A stretch of 64,000 bases of DNA, taken from positions 11,966,001 through 12,030,000 of the forward strand of contig OX597824.1 of the NCBI GenBank assembly GCA_951406725.2, written 5' to 3'. Shown here in pieces: positions 50,701 through 61,838 of this stretch (the stretch's first letter is position 1; each line of letters opens with the position of its first letter). The position numbers were made by a program, and so were the translations under genes. Source of the DNA: Octopus vulgaris. Its lineage: Eukaryota. The notes under the pieces were generated by a model, which worked only from the letters and a program-made list of their open reading frames with translations, had not been told where the DNA came from and ran no database searches.

Positions 50701-52590
50701 TACGGCTGGATGCCCTTCCTAACGCCAACCACTCCGTGAGTGTAGTGGGTGCTTTTTATGTGCCACCAACACAGGTGCCAGAGGAGGCTGGTGGCGGCCT
50801 TGATCGGTTGGGGCTTTTTAAGTGCCACCGGCACAGAAGCCAGTCAAGGCAGCACTGGCATAGGATATAAAAAACATAAAAAATAAAAATAAAATAAAAT
50901 TAAGACATAGAAAGAAAAACAGTGAAATCATATACCAACTTTCTTTTCTCGTCATCAGGAAACCTTCTGATGGGTCCAAACTGCTCATCAAGGTATATCT
51001 GATGCAAACATTGTTCTTCATTCACTAAAAGATAACACAAACAGATTATTAATATACAAGCTACTCATTCGTGTCACCATCAACGATGTCTTCAATCACT
51101 TCAAGTATAGGATCAATACATCACGTATTGATAATATATTGGCCTTCCTTTATTCAGTTATGCTCCACCACTACAACAGATCTTTGGTTCTGTGCCAACA
51201 CAAGATACCATCATTGTTGATTAATGTTTGAATTACTTTTGATAATTAAATGTTGTCATATTGGCATGAGGCCACATGCGTTCATAAGACTGGATTATAG
51301 TTTATTAAATCAACCTCAATACATGCTTGGCACTCATCTTATTGGTCTGGAGGGATGAAGGGGAAAAGTTAATCCAGGATAGACACAAGCATGGCTGCGT
51401 GATTAAGACATACACTTCACAGCTACATGGTTTTGGATGTGTTCTCATTGCATGGCATCTTGGAGAAAGTGCCTTCTATTACAGCCTCAGGCTGGCCATT
51501 GTTTTGTAAGCTTTGGTAAAAGAAAACGGCACAGAATTCTGTTGTATGAGTGTAAATGTACACAAGCACATGAGTTCATATTGGCATTGTTCAAGACCAG
51601 GACCATAAACACTTTATATGGAAATAGATAAGAGATGGTGTCAAGGAAGTATATCCAGCTCATCTAACCCATGCCACCATAAAAAGCAGACGTAAAACTT
51701 TTCTTTCCTTTTTTTTTTTAATGCATGATAAGCATTATTGAGTTTCTAGTCTATAGTGGAATGTGAAATTGAAATATAGGAGCAATAAATCTGGGGGCTT
51801 CATATGCATTTAAGAAGCAGTGATTTCTTTTATCTATTTTTTTTTTTTTACTCGTTTCAGTCATTGGACTGCAGCCATGCTGGGGCACCTACTTGAAGGG
51901 TTTAGTTAAACACATCAACCCTAGCATGTATTTTTAACTCTGACACTTAGTCCATCGATATCTTTCGCCAAACCACTAAGTTATGGGGATGTAAACAAAC
52001 CAACACCAGTTGTAGAAAGAGCAAGCACAGATACAAGCATGTGTGTGCACGTACACACACACACATGCTTCCACACAGTTTGTCTACCAAATTCATTTGG
52101 AAGGCAATGGTTGACCTAGGGCTATAGTGGTAGACACTTGCCCAAGATGCCAAGCAGTGGTACTGAACCGTAAAACTAGATGGTCACAAAGCTTCTTAAC
52201 CACACAGCTATGCTTGTGTATATTTTTAAGGGCATGGCTCAATTTTATAACCCCAATATATAACTGGTACATATTTTACCAGTGAGGGTAGAATAAAATC
52301 TTAAGCCAACATTGGCACGATTCCCAATAGGCTTTTGCATAAGAGCAAAACCATTACATCACAAAATACCAAATCTAGGCTTCTACTTTTCTACCAGCTG
52401 AATGATTACAAAGAGAGAGAGAGAGAGAGAGAGAGAGATAAGTACACAAAATATGTGTAATTTTTTTTTCTTCTGGATCAATAAAAAAAATGACCTATTC
52501 TACTTACAACCAGCACATTCATTTTCTACCAAAGTTCTGTATCTTTCATAAGAACATTTCCTTTCTTCTTCCTCTTCCTCTTTAGTCATT
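17386..52590 (-). CDS. CLASRP: CLK4-associating serine/arginine-rich protein (CLASRP/SFRS16) orthologue, 5'-partial, 15 coding exons, ~634 aa visible
   Basis: Exons join phase-consistently through GT-AG introns (1906 coding nt including stop). Motifs recognised from human CLASRP appear in the same order: ERKCxYERYR, EEQCLxQIYxDE, KKAxIGxTYEDS, LRKDKEE..LEEEKA, GRKISPPSYA, ITSFGG, RS domain, LTPxExLxxRMQxALNRQ, REDELR. Confidence 0.93.
19578..19750 (-). CDS. CLASRP: CLASRP exon (DREDELRSRVMEMRRRERERRHRELEE...)
   Basis: Acceptor CAG, donor GTAGAT; matches human EREDELRAMARKIRMKERERR. Confidence 0.9.
20872..21040 (+). mobile_element. CR1-like LINE 3' end
   Basis: VADPWNKLPDEIV..FKVSLD C-terminal motif, short 3'UTR; absent from the paralogous site at ~15900. 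Confidence 0.75.
21640..21698 (-). CDS. CLASRP: CLASRP exon (YKADKRAEIQKQERVEQERQ)
   Basis: Acceptor CAG, donor GTCAGT; matches human FKADKKAAQEKMIQQEHERQ. Confidence 0.92.
22951..23020 (-). CDS. CLASRP: CLASRP exon (ASGSALTPKERLRRRMQAALNRQ)
   Basis: Acceptor CAG, donor GTAAGT; matches human KLTPQEKLKLRMQKALNRQ. Confidence 0.92.
28900..29225 (+). mobile_element. RTE-like LINE 3' fragment
   Basis: MSQDRTARWVLQ..RGRPRIRWMDDV C-terminal signature. Confidence 0.65.
30243..30288 (-). CDS. CLASRP: CLASRP 46-nt exon (VPAPNLLGKATVDSQ)
   Basis: Needed to bridge phase 2 (34171) to phase 0 (23020); pyrimidine tract plus CAG acceptor, GTCAGT donor; no homology support recalled. Confidence 0.72.
32398..32763 (+). 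mobile_element. Non-autonomous Helitron
   Basis: A|TC start, subterminal hairpin CCCGAGCAACGCCAGG, CTAG|T end, no TSD. Confidence 0.75.
34171..34431 (-). CDS. CLASRP: CLASRP exon (PRSKSKSP...VVKRYRRASLSSS...Thr-rich tract)
   Basis: Acceptor CAG, donor GTATTT, open frame, phase 2/2 fits. Confidence 0.85.
35150..36345 (+). mobile_element. Degenerate RTE-like LINE reverse transcriptase fragment
   Basis: F.KAFDSI, VLQSDPLAPYLF, FADDI, VEEFEYLG, ESWALT..L.RKLDA, KRGRP motifs with many disruptions. Confidence 0.8.
35737..35963. mobile_element. piggyBac-type MITE family 2 (second copy ~42339-42555), nested in an RTE
   Basis: TTAA|CCCTTTCGTTAC...GTAACGAAAGGG; close copy at 42.3-42.5 kb. Confidence 0.75.
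36671..36769. mobile_element. Short mariner-derived MITE
   Basis: Inverted ends GGTGTATGAAAAGTTTTGAGC / GCTCAAGACTTTTCATACACC in TA context. Confidence 0.7.
36799..37060. mobile_element. Penelope-like inverted pseudo-LTR fragment with a hammerhead-like motif
   Basis: 71-bp inverted arms (36799-36869 / 36929-36999, one mismatch), (TA)n flank, hammerhead topology in the loop. Confidence 0.55.
36884..36927 (-). ncRNA. Candidate minimal type I hammerhead ribozyme, G3:C8 core variant
   Basis: GUCA-GUGAACA-G-GUCGC(GGAUUUUG)GCGAC-GAAA-AUGU-UU-UGAC; stems I and II pair perfectly; activity untested. Confidence 0.45.
37459..37890 (-). CDS. CLASRP: CLASRP RS-domain exon (432 nt)
   Basis: Open frame rich in RS dipeptides, GC/CpG richer than flanks; acceptor TAG, donor GTAAGT, phases fit. 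Confidence 0.9.
38654..38863 (-). CDS. CLASRP: CLASRP exon (SSSSSKSRSRSPENAGKVMYITSFGGESEEE...)
   Basis: Acceptor AAG; donor GTCAGC chosen by phase; conserved ITSFGG motif. Confidence 0.85.
40464..40505 (-). CDS. CLASRP: CLASRP 42-nt exon (YAARASPKYEPYKR)
   Basis: Acceptor CAG, donor GTAAGA; matches human YARRDSPTYDPYKR. Confidence 0.9.
40925..41140 (+). mobile_element. RTE-like LINE 3' end with (CAAGT)n tail
   Basis: TVKADLE..GP.IYG..RWNKEW..NRQAWSAFVRDA, stop, then a CAAGT tandem tail. Confidence 0.7.
41291..41743 (-). mobile_element. SINE family A copy starting ~24 nt from an exon donor
   Basis: Reverse complement closely matches 13971-14365. Confidence 0.88.
41769..41842 (-). CDS. CLASRP: CLASRP exon (GRKSRRERRAYKEKKLQGRKISPPS)
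   Basis: Acceptor TAG, donor GTAATT; matches human GRRSRRQRREFREKRLRGRKISPPS. Confidence 0.92.
43759..43837 (-). CDS. CLASRP: CLASRP exon (YLRKDKEELEALRQAKLLEEEKAQFA)
   Basis: Acceptor AAG, donor GTGAGT; matches human MLRKDKEEAEAIKHAKALEEEKAMYS. Confidence 0.92.
44291..44666 (+). repeat. Two-copy tandem repeat (~185-190 bp unit)
   Basis: 44291-44480 repeated at 44481-44666 with few differences. Confidence 0.92.
45097..45193 (-). CDS. CLASRP: CLASRP exon (DVTLDVDALTPDQLKILNQCAQHYGMHDDDYVR)
   Basis: Acceptor TAG, donor GTAAGC; matches human DVEVDVDELNQEQV..YGMADGDFVR. Confidence 0.92.
45376..45602 (+). mobile_element. SINE family C (other copies ~12325-12535+, 49425-49659-, 54000-54335-, 59488-59700+, 60065-60298-)
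   Basis: Recurrent GAGTTCAAATTCCGCC..GTCGACTTTGCCTTTC..GATAAATTAAGTACCAG body. Confidence 0.82.
46492..46607 (-). CDS. CLASRP: CLASRP exon (LADKKAAIGFTYEDS...acidic tract)
   Basis: Acceptor CAG, donor GTAAGT; matches human LAEKKASIGYTYEDS. Confidence 0.92.
46713..47287 (-). mobile_element. Tandem array of three SINE family C units
   Basis: Three direct repeats of ~170-185 bp, each starting TATTTCTTTACTACCC. Confidence 0.85.
48770..49260 (+). mobile_element. Insertion in (AAT)n, possibly the 3'UTR of a microsatellite-targeting (Dong/R4-like) LINE
   Basis: Complex ~490-bp block flanked on both sides by (AAT)n; family assignment is inference. Confidence 0.4.
50940..51024 (-). CDS. CLASRP: CLASRP exon (LNEEQCLHQIYLDEQFGPIRRFPDDEKRK)
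   Basis: Acceptor TAG, donor GTTGGT, phases 1/2 fit both neighbours; matches human SEEQCLYQIYIDE. Confidence 0.9.
52508..52590 (-). CDS. CLASRP: CLASRP exon (first visible; MTKEEEEEERKCSYERYRTLVENECAG)
   Basis: Acceptor AG at 52592-52591, donor GTAAGT at 52507; matches human ERKCNYERYRGLVQNDFAG. Confidence 0.92.
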
Positions 52591-52940
52591 CTAAATAAAA
52601 GAAAATGAAAAGTAAGAAAAGCAGTGTGTAGATAGATGTGTGGTAGAAAGGAAGGGCAGTTTTTTTTTTTTCTTCCTCCAGACATGTTTGATTGGAAATA
52701 TAACTGATCATGAGTTTGTGTGTTGTTTTTTTTTACTTGTATCAGTCATTTGACTGCGGCCATGCTGGAGCACCGCCTTTAATCAAGCAACTCGACCCCG
52801 GGACTTATTCTTTTGTAAGCCCAGTACTTATTCTATCGGCCTCTTTTGCCAAACCACTAAGTAACGGGGACATAAACATACCAGCATCGGTTGTCAAGTA
52901 ATGCTAGGGGTTAAACACAGAAACACAAACACACACACGC

Positions 52941-52973
<33 letters not shown>

Positions 52974-55900
52974 TACAATGGGCTTCTTTCAGTTTCCGTC
53001 TACCAAATCCACTCACAAGGCTTTGGTTGGCCCGAGGCTATAGTAGAAGACACTTGCCCAAGGTGCCATGCAGTGGGACTGAACCCGGAACCATGTGGTT
53101 GGTAGACAAGCTACTTACCACACAGCCACTCCTGTGTGTGTTTATTTCATTTATTTTTCTCTCTTTAATTATCATTACTTGTTTTCCTCTTTTAATTATT
53201 ATTATTATTATGGGTGGTGGTGCTTGTCTCCCCCTTGCAAACATAAGGACACAGGAAATATGTCAAGGCCGACAGGAAGCGTTGATGCTTCCTAGGGCTA
53301 AATAGCAGTGGTGTGATTCCCTTCATGGGGCTGTCACATCAAGTCGACAGTATACAACTACCCTATTTATTTTTGTTATTTCCAGAAGTTTATTTTGCGA
53401 CTTCTATTCAAAACCAATGTTTCAAAGTCACAGGATCTCTTAACAATCATTTAAGACTTACAACGACAGATGTTACACTGCCTATTCCTATTATAAACAA
53501 TTTGCTCTCTAACATAGGACACAAAGACAAAAAACTGAGGAGGAGAGGTTAGTCAATCCAATCAACTCCTGCTCTCTATTTTATCAAACCGAGACGGATG
53601 AAAGGCTAAGTGAATCTTGGTGGAATCTGAACTCAAAACAAAGGGTCAGAACAAACACAGCAAATTATTGTGTCCAATGCTCTAATGACTCTGCCAATCC
53701 ATCATAGAGCAATTGATGAAATGGCACCATTGTATATTATCAGATCTATGAGGTTTTCAAAATCTTTTTTTTTTTTTTTCATTTGTTTCAGTCATTGGAC
53801 AGTAGCTATGCTGGGGTACTGCCTTGAAGGGTTTTAAATGAACAAATCAAAGCCGGTATATTTATTTATTTTTTATAAAGTCTAGTACTTATTCTATTGG
53901 TATCTTTTACAGAATTGCAAAGTTATAGCGATGTAAACAAACCAACACCAGTTGTCAGATGATAGGGACACCACACACATGGCAGGTTTCCACACAGTTT
54001 CTTATTTCTTATCTCTTTATTGCTCACAAGGGGCTAAACATAGAGGGGACAAACAAAGGGATTAAGTCAATTACATTGACCCCAGTGATTAACTGGTACT
54101 TAATTTATCAACCCCGAAAGGATGAAAGGCAAAGTCGACCTCGATGAAATTTGAACAGCACACAGTTTCTTATTTCTTATCTCTTTATTGCCCACAAGGG
54201 GCTAAACAAAGAGGGGACAAACAAGGAGAGACAAAGGGATTAAGTCGATTACATTGACCCCAGTGCGTAACTGGTACTTAATTTATCAACCCCGAAAAGA
54301 TGAAAGGCAAAGTCAACCTCGACGGAATTTGAACTCCACAAAGTTTCTGTCAACCAAAGTCATTCGCAAGGCATTAGTCAGCAGAGTTATAGAAGACACT
54401 TGCCCTAGATGTTGCACAATGGGACTAATTCCAAAACCATGTGACTGCGAAGCAAGTCAACACACAGAAAAATGAGCAGGGAGATCCCAAGTGGGCTGAT
54501 GTTCTGGAGAGGTTAGTGCAGGGTTGGTGGCAGGGAATAAGGGTTAGGAGTGTTTGAAAGTAGGAAGGACAAGATTCAGCCAGTTCTGAGGAATAGAGAA
54601 ATTCATAGTAGTGAAAGAAAAAGGCAGCATGCCTGTGGACCAGATGCTAGATGGAAACTAGGATGCCATCATGCATAGCAGTAATTCAGAAACAGGAGCA
54701 GTGCTTGTTGAGTCATGTTAAGAACCTGCAATTTTTATGTAGTATCTCAGGAATAACAATAGTGTGGTGGTTCATGTGCCTTGATGACCCTAGGAACTCT
54801 GCATGTTCCTGGTAAGATCTCCCACACTGGACAGGCCAAAAGGATAGAGGCCAGATTAATACGGTCTGCCTCTTCCAAGAGGTAAAAATGGTTTTGCAGA
54901 AGGCTGATACACCTACCTAGGAAAAGGCAAAGTTACAAGTCAAGTTACAGAAGTATCAATGACAATTCAAAACCAACAAGAGTGGGAGAAGGCTAATTGG
55001 AAGAATATTTGGGGCTTCCAGATATATTACAATCCAAAATTGAGATCAGTGGAGAGATGCCATGAATGGCCTTGGCTTCATAGGGAGCAAAAAAGCTTAA
55101 GTAACTTAATATGTGTCATATATGATTGGCAGTGTGTACTGGGTGTTTTAGAAGCAAGTCAGAAAATGCCAGAAAATTTAGAAAACCTGAATGGTGAGTT
55201 TAGAATCAACTGCTGTTGAGATTGTTGAAATGTTTTCGTCAGTGAATTAATTGTTTCATGGCTTTTGTCTATTCCTAAAATAACTGTGACTTTCTTAATT
55301 TGGCCTCAATCATCAGCAATCATGTGAACTCAATTCACGTAACTCAAATCAGTTAGAAATTAAGAGAGATTTTAGTAATTTTGTATCTCAAGAGGATCGA
55401 TATGCCAGTAAAACACAAGCACTGGTTCTATTTCACTTCTTTGTTTTTATTTATAAGTTGCTTAACCAATCAACTAATGAATCAGCTGGTTTGTCAAAGC
55501 CCTTTTGGTGCCATTCAAGACCTCATCAATGACATTTCCTCTCTACACCAAGTCTAGAATGAAACACAACCAGTATCTTTGTGTTATATTATTGGGTGTA
55601 AATAACTCTTCCCAGAAACAAGACCTGTTTCAACACGAGTTCATATCAAGAATCTTGCAAACCAAATACAAAAAGCGAAAAATTCAAAGCTTTTAGTAAA
55701 CAACCGAGAAAGAGAAGGTGGAAGCAACCATTAGAGATTCTAGATATAAAACATCAGTCAACAAAGTGAAACTGAAATTTATTTTTTCTGCATAACATTG
55801 TTTATTTATGAAATAGGAAGTTCAGCCAAAAGTCTGGTAAACAGCAATTGGTAACTAAATACAACTGAATGACACTTGATATCAGAGAATGATAACTTTA

Positions 55901-56794
55901 AAATTTGATTTTGTGTAAAATGCATTTGATCTCTTTTTTCTTTCTTTCTTTTTTCAACTTTACAAACTGATACGTAATAATTACAAAGGATAAATAATGT
56001 CTAATGCAGTACCCTTTAGCAGTCAGATTACTGTGGACTGTAGTACTTATTCAATTTTTAGTTAATCTTACATTATCTATTAGCTTTGAGATTTTGATGA
56101 TATAATTTTTACGTGCCAGTGGCACGTAAAAAGCACCCACTACACTCACGGAGTGGTTGGCATTAGGAAGGGCATCCAGCTGTAGAAACACTGCCAGATA
56201 AGACTAGAGCCTGGTGCAACCTCCTGGCTTCTCAGACCCTGGTCGAACCGTCCAACCCATGCCAGCATGGAAAACGGACGTTAAACGATGATGATGATAA
56301 TTGCTTATTTTTAGAATAACATTGTCGAGTAGGTGTGAGAGGCCGGATCTAGCTGGTTTAAACACAAAACAGATTATGTGGCCTGCATATGGCTGGTTTA
56401 ACAGTTTAGCATTTGAACCAGCCATATCCAGCCCAAATATTTTGCCTGTTTTATGCTCAAATCAGCCGGATCTGGTCTCTCGCACCTGTCATATGATGTC
56501 ATTCTAAAAACAATTACATCATTTAAATCCCAAAGCTACGAGATGATGCAAGACTAATTTAAAACAATGTGAATGAATAAGCATTACATTTGAAAGAAAG
56601 GTCTGAATGCCAATGGGTTAAATACCAAAAGGATAATGGTTGGTGTCTCATTCCTTTACTTTCAATTTGAAATATTGGAGGTAATAACGAAGAAGCACTG
56701 AAAAGTCAATGCACCATTATTACACAAGGTATGTTATGGATTCTGGGATTTCATTGACCCAAATAGGCTTGCTGAGTATATCCAAGTGCACATT

Positions 56795-57100
56795 ATCTAT
56801 ATCTATATATATATATATATATATACATATAAAACTGAGAATGTGTCTGTCTGTCTGTCTGTATGTGTGCATCACTAAAACTCAAGAATTACCCAACTGA
56901 TTTCATTCAAATTTTACATATACACTACTTAGGGTCCATGGGGAGACATGGGCCAAAAAGTTTTCAACTTCTTGCCTAATGCGAGCCCAGAGCAATCTCT
57001 TAGACTGTTCTGGTATTACGTGTCAAAAGTGAAACAATAACATCTCTATTGTAATGTGAGATAATAGTTTCAGTTTTAATAGTTTCACTGTGTATATAAT
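56795..57100 (+). mobile_element. Helitron-like 5' fragment
   Basis: TCTATAT..AAAA plus (GTCT)n 5' signature like the other copies; 3' end not seen. Confidence 0.4.
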
Positions 57101-60100
57101 ATTGTATATACATATACAACAGGCTTTTTTCAGTTTCTATCGATCAAATCCACTCTTAAGACTTTAGTCAGCTTGAGACTACAGAAGATACTTGCTCTAA
57201 GTGCAACACAGTGAGACAGAGCCCAAAACGATGTGGTTGGGAAGCAAATTGCTTAACTACATAGCCATGTCTACTTAATATATTTTGGTTGTTGCTTCCA
57301 ACTGAGTGCATGTAAAAGAAATGGAATGGAGAGTTGTCTTTGCCAACAGCTGATGTAAGGTAAAATCTCAGACCATACACAAGATGATCTCTAGTAAAAA
57401 GTCAAAATGAAGGCATCTTCTAGAAAGTTCTATATATATATTTTTTTTGTGCATAAATCTAATGGACAGTACTAGGTCTTTGATATTTGATGACTGCTTC
57501 TTACAAGTGAGACAAAATATTGTATAAAATGTCAGTAAGCCTATCTACTTGTTTGTTATATGCAGTTAGTACTTGCAATTATTTTATTACCAAATATGGA
57601 GTTGCAGGCTAAACGATGCCCCATCTGCATATAGGCATTTGGGTGGGGTCAGTTCCCAAGAGATTTGATGTGCTACAAGTCCCAAGTGATAGACAGCATC
57701 TAGCATTAATTTTTTTCTTCTTTCTATTTGGATGACTCAACTGAAATAATTGAAAAAGTTCAGCACTCAGCCTACAGCAGATTTGTTTGTAATAGAGACT
57801 TCATCGTTTTAATACTTTTCCATGTTTGTATGGGTCAGACAGAATTTGAGACAGATTTTCTATGGCTGCATACTCTTACTGTTGCCAACCCTTATCCATT
57901 TTCAAGCAAGGTAATATCTCCCCCATGGCCAGATATGTTTTCACAGAACATCAGAAATGAATAACATTCATCATCATCATCATCATTTAACGTCCGTTTT
58001 CCATGCTGGCATGGCTTGGACGGTTCAACCAGGGTCTGGGAAGCCAGGAGGCTGCACCAGGCTCCAATCTGATCTGGCAGTGTTTCTACAGCTGGATGCC
58101 CTTCCTAACGCCAACCACTCCATGAGTGTAGTGGGTGCTTTTTATGTGCCAGGCGAGGCTGGCAGCGGCCACGATTGGTTGGTGCTTTTTACGTGCCACC
58201 GGCACGGAAGCAAGTCAAGGCGGTGCTGGCATTGGCCACGTTCGGATGGTGCTTATTACGTGCCACCGGCACGGAAGCCAGTCGAGGTGGTGCTGGCATC
58301 GGCCACGTTCGGATGGTGCTTTTTACGTGCCACCAGTACGGAAGCCAGTCAAGGCGGTGCTGGCATTGGCCACGTTTGGATGGTGCTTTTTACATGCCAC
58401 CGGCACAGAGGTTCATTTACAACAATTGCATAATGTCAAGACAAGGAAACAAATATTTTTGCATTTCTGCACCTAGGCATGGAACGATTTTTACTTTGTA
58501 AGCTTCTCCCAGACACGACAAAAGTAAAGATATTTTGCTGCTGTTAAGTGATTTCTCTTTTCTTATCTTGGAAAGCATGCATCAGCTTTTAGACATATAG
58601 TGGTACTTCTCTGATGGAAAGGTTAAGAAGAACCTTGTAATTGCTTCCCCAAAGAAGCCCTCATGTCAAAGTCATTAACCCGATGAACTTTAAAAAAAAA
58701 ATACCACACAACGCTGACAGAATGATTAATTACATGAAGAGGAAGCCATTAAAATTAAGGCTGTTTTCTTCACTCAGTTCTTCCAAGGTAGCTGCTCACT
58801 CACAGCTTCTATAATACATAGAAGCAAGATGGTTATTTCATGAGGAAGTAGCTGACTTGCTGAGTGATTAGATATGCTGTAATAAAGTTGCAGTCTTTGC
58901 CGATAATTTCTAAGCATTGAATGCACTTCACAAGAATATGTAAATTAAAGAAAAAATTATTCTTGCACCTTAACTCTTAAGGGAGGAAGCGGGAGACTAA
59001 CATTGCAGAGAGCCAAAATATAAAGGGAGAACAAAGTTGAAATACTTGAACTGATTAAATCTTGCAAACCGAAGGATAATCTTGTTGAATTAATTCTGTT
59101 TAAGCTTGTCACTGGCAAAGAAGAACACTGAAAAGTATTTTCCTTTACATAATTCATCTTCCTTGGATAAAATGAGAGATACATTTATATGAAATGTTTG
59201 GGAATCAAAAGCTGAGTTGGTGAAAACCAAAAATGACAAAGGACTAAAACTACAGCATTGATCAACTTGTTGAGGTTATGTCACCAACAGGAATACTTGA
59301 TAATCAACACGCAAATACTCAGAGCACTCCTTCCTTTTTCAACTTCATGAGTACAGAAAATATAGGTCATGGCTTCAAACACAAAGCAATAACTAAAGGT
59401 TGTTTTCCAACCATCCAATCTTGTCCTACAGACATCATATGACACCAACAGATACAAGTTTCCTATTACTATTAGAAGTTGTTTAAGGAGATGAGCTGGC
59501 AGAATCATTAGCAATTGGCCAAAATGCTTATTGACATTTTGTCCATCTTTACATTCTAGGTTCAAATGCCACAGGGGTTGGCTTTGCTTTCACCCTTTCG
59601 AGGTCGATAAAATAAGTACCAGTTGAGCATTGCGGTCAATTTAATTGACTTAGTCCCTTCCTTGAAATTGTTGGCCTTGTGCCAAAATTTGAAACCAATA
59701 TCAGACGTAGTTTTCAGAAAATATTAGTATGTGAGTAGATTTGGCAGACGGAAACTGAAAGAAGCCTGTTATAGTGTATGTGTATGCCCTCATCTAGGCA
59801 TCACATGATGATTGCAAATGAGCATCATTGTCATGAAAGCCAAGTTGTTCATTTCCAGTCTTCTGTGAAAAACATATCTGACAATGGGGGAAATATTACT
59901 TAGCTTGGAAACAGGTAAGTGTTGGTGACAGGAAAGGCATCTGGCCATAGAAAATCTGCTTCAACAAAATACATCTAACCCATGCAAGCAGGGAAAACTG
60001 GATGTTAAATGATGACACTGTAACTACTTTGTTTAAATGATTTGTTATAAATGATTCATATATTTATATTTCTTTATTGCCCACAAGGGGTTAAACATAG

Positions 60101-60328
60101 AGGGGACAAACAAGGACAGACAAAGGGATTAAGTCGATTACATCGACCCAGTGCATAACTGGTACTTAATTTATCGACCCCGAAAGGATGAAAGGTAAAG
60201 TCGACCTGGGTGGAATTCGAACTCAGAACGTAACAGCAGATGAAACATCGCTAAGCATTTCGACCATCACGCTAACATTTCTGCCAGCTCACCGCCTTGA
60301 TTCATATATTTATATAACTGCTTTGTTG

Positions 60329-60400
<72 letters not shown>

Positions 60401-61194
60401 AGAAAATGATTAGAATTTTAGTTATTGTATTTTTAACCCAAAAGAATGCACCTGGTGCACTACACCTACACTAATATTGCTAAAAAAGCCTTGCATTTCA
60501 CTTCTACACCTGTTTCATGAGGTTTGTGAGTGCAATCAAAATTTACACAGGTGCAAGTTGCACAATATCATTTAATAATGTTCTGCATACACACCCACTT
60601 TTATTTCACAAAGATTTTAATACTCTGTGTGTGTTTGAGTGTGCACATGTTTGTATGCGTGTATGTGTGTGCGTGTACACACACACACATGCGTGTGATA
60701 AAATTTTTTAGAAGCTAATAGCATGTAATAACACTTTTAGTACCTTACAATGTGTCTGCGGATTGAAAAGGGTTGAAAATTGCAGTAACATAATAAAGAT
60801 TTGACAGAAACTTGACTCCTATATCTAGCAGATCAAATGACTATGTAAAGGCCTGCCAAGTTGACTAATGTTTCTTCTGTTAATAGTTGTCTGATTAAAC
60901 AATACACTCTAATGCCACCTTACTGCAAATGTACAGTCACTCAAGTGGAACATGTACTTCCACTGTGACATAGCTAACAGGTTTTGCGAACCTACAGCTT
61001 CTAGGTTTACACTGCAAATGTTATTTCACACATTCATATTATTATTACTATTCCAATCTGAGCTCTGTATTTATCCATGTAAAATAGGCAGCTTTTTTTT
61101 TTCCCCCAGCTATTTATATATAAATATTAAGGGTGCGCATGACACACAAGAACCAAATGTTAATCTTTTTTGCAGTCTAGTGTGTTGCTGTATT

Positions 61195-61838
61195 CAGAAT
61201 GGCATTGTTTCAGGGGCGTTACCAGCCCACTTATGCGTACCTTTTCCTTATTTGGACACTAATAAACTCTGCTTGCAAAGACCTGTTGAGGCAAGTGAAT
61301 TCAAAAATCAAAATCAAATTCGATGCCTGGTGTCCGTGCTAGCGGGGTGCAAAGAGCATCATACGAGTGTGATCATTGACAGAGCGGCTAACCGGCTTCC
61401 GTGCCAGTGACACTTAAAAGGCACCTTTCGAGCGTGATCGTTACCAGCGTCGCACTACTGGCACTCGAGCCCCGTGCTAGTAGGGTATTAAGAGCACCAT
61501 CCGAGCGTGATCGTAGCCAGAGTGGCTATCTGGCCTCCGTGCTGGTGGCACGTAAAAAACACCATTTGAGTGTGATCATTACCAGCATCGCCTTACTGGC
61601 ACACATGCCAGTGGCATGTGTAAAAGATTTGAGCGAGGTTGTTACCATTGCCGCCTGACTGGCATGTAAAAGCACCCACTACACTCTCGGAGTGGTTGGC
61701 ATTAGGAAGGGCATCCAGCTGTAGAAACTCTGCCAGATCAAGATTGAAGCCTGGTGCAGCCATCTGGTTCGCCAGCCCTCAGTCATACGTCCAACCCATG
61801 CTAGCATGGAAAGCGGACGTTAAACGATGATGATGATG
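61195..61838 (+). mobile_element. SINE-like family D with ~60-bp internal subrepeats and (ATG)n tail (other copies ~17802-18227-, 18600-18812+, 19147-19540-, 21230-21455-, 50587-50860-, 57966-58410-)
   Basis: Shared 3' module AAAGCACCCACTACACTC..TAGGAAGGGCATCCAGC..CATGCTAGCATGGAAA..GACGTTAAACGATGATG; most copies are 5'-truncated. Confidence 0.82.

Noticed and set aside
58130-58410. CRISPR-like repeat array
   Set aside because: Eukaryotic context, no unique spacers, no cas genes; the units are SINE subrepeats.
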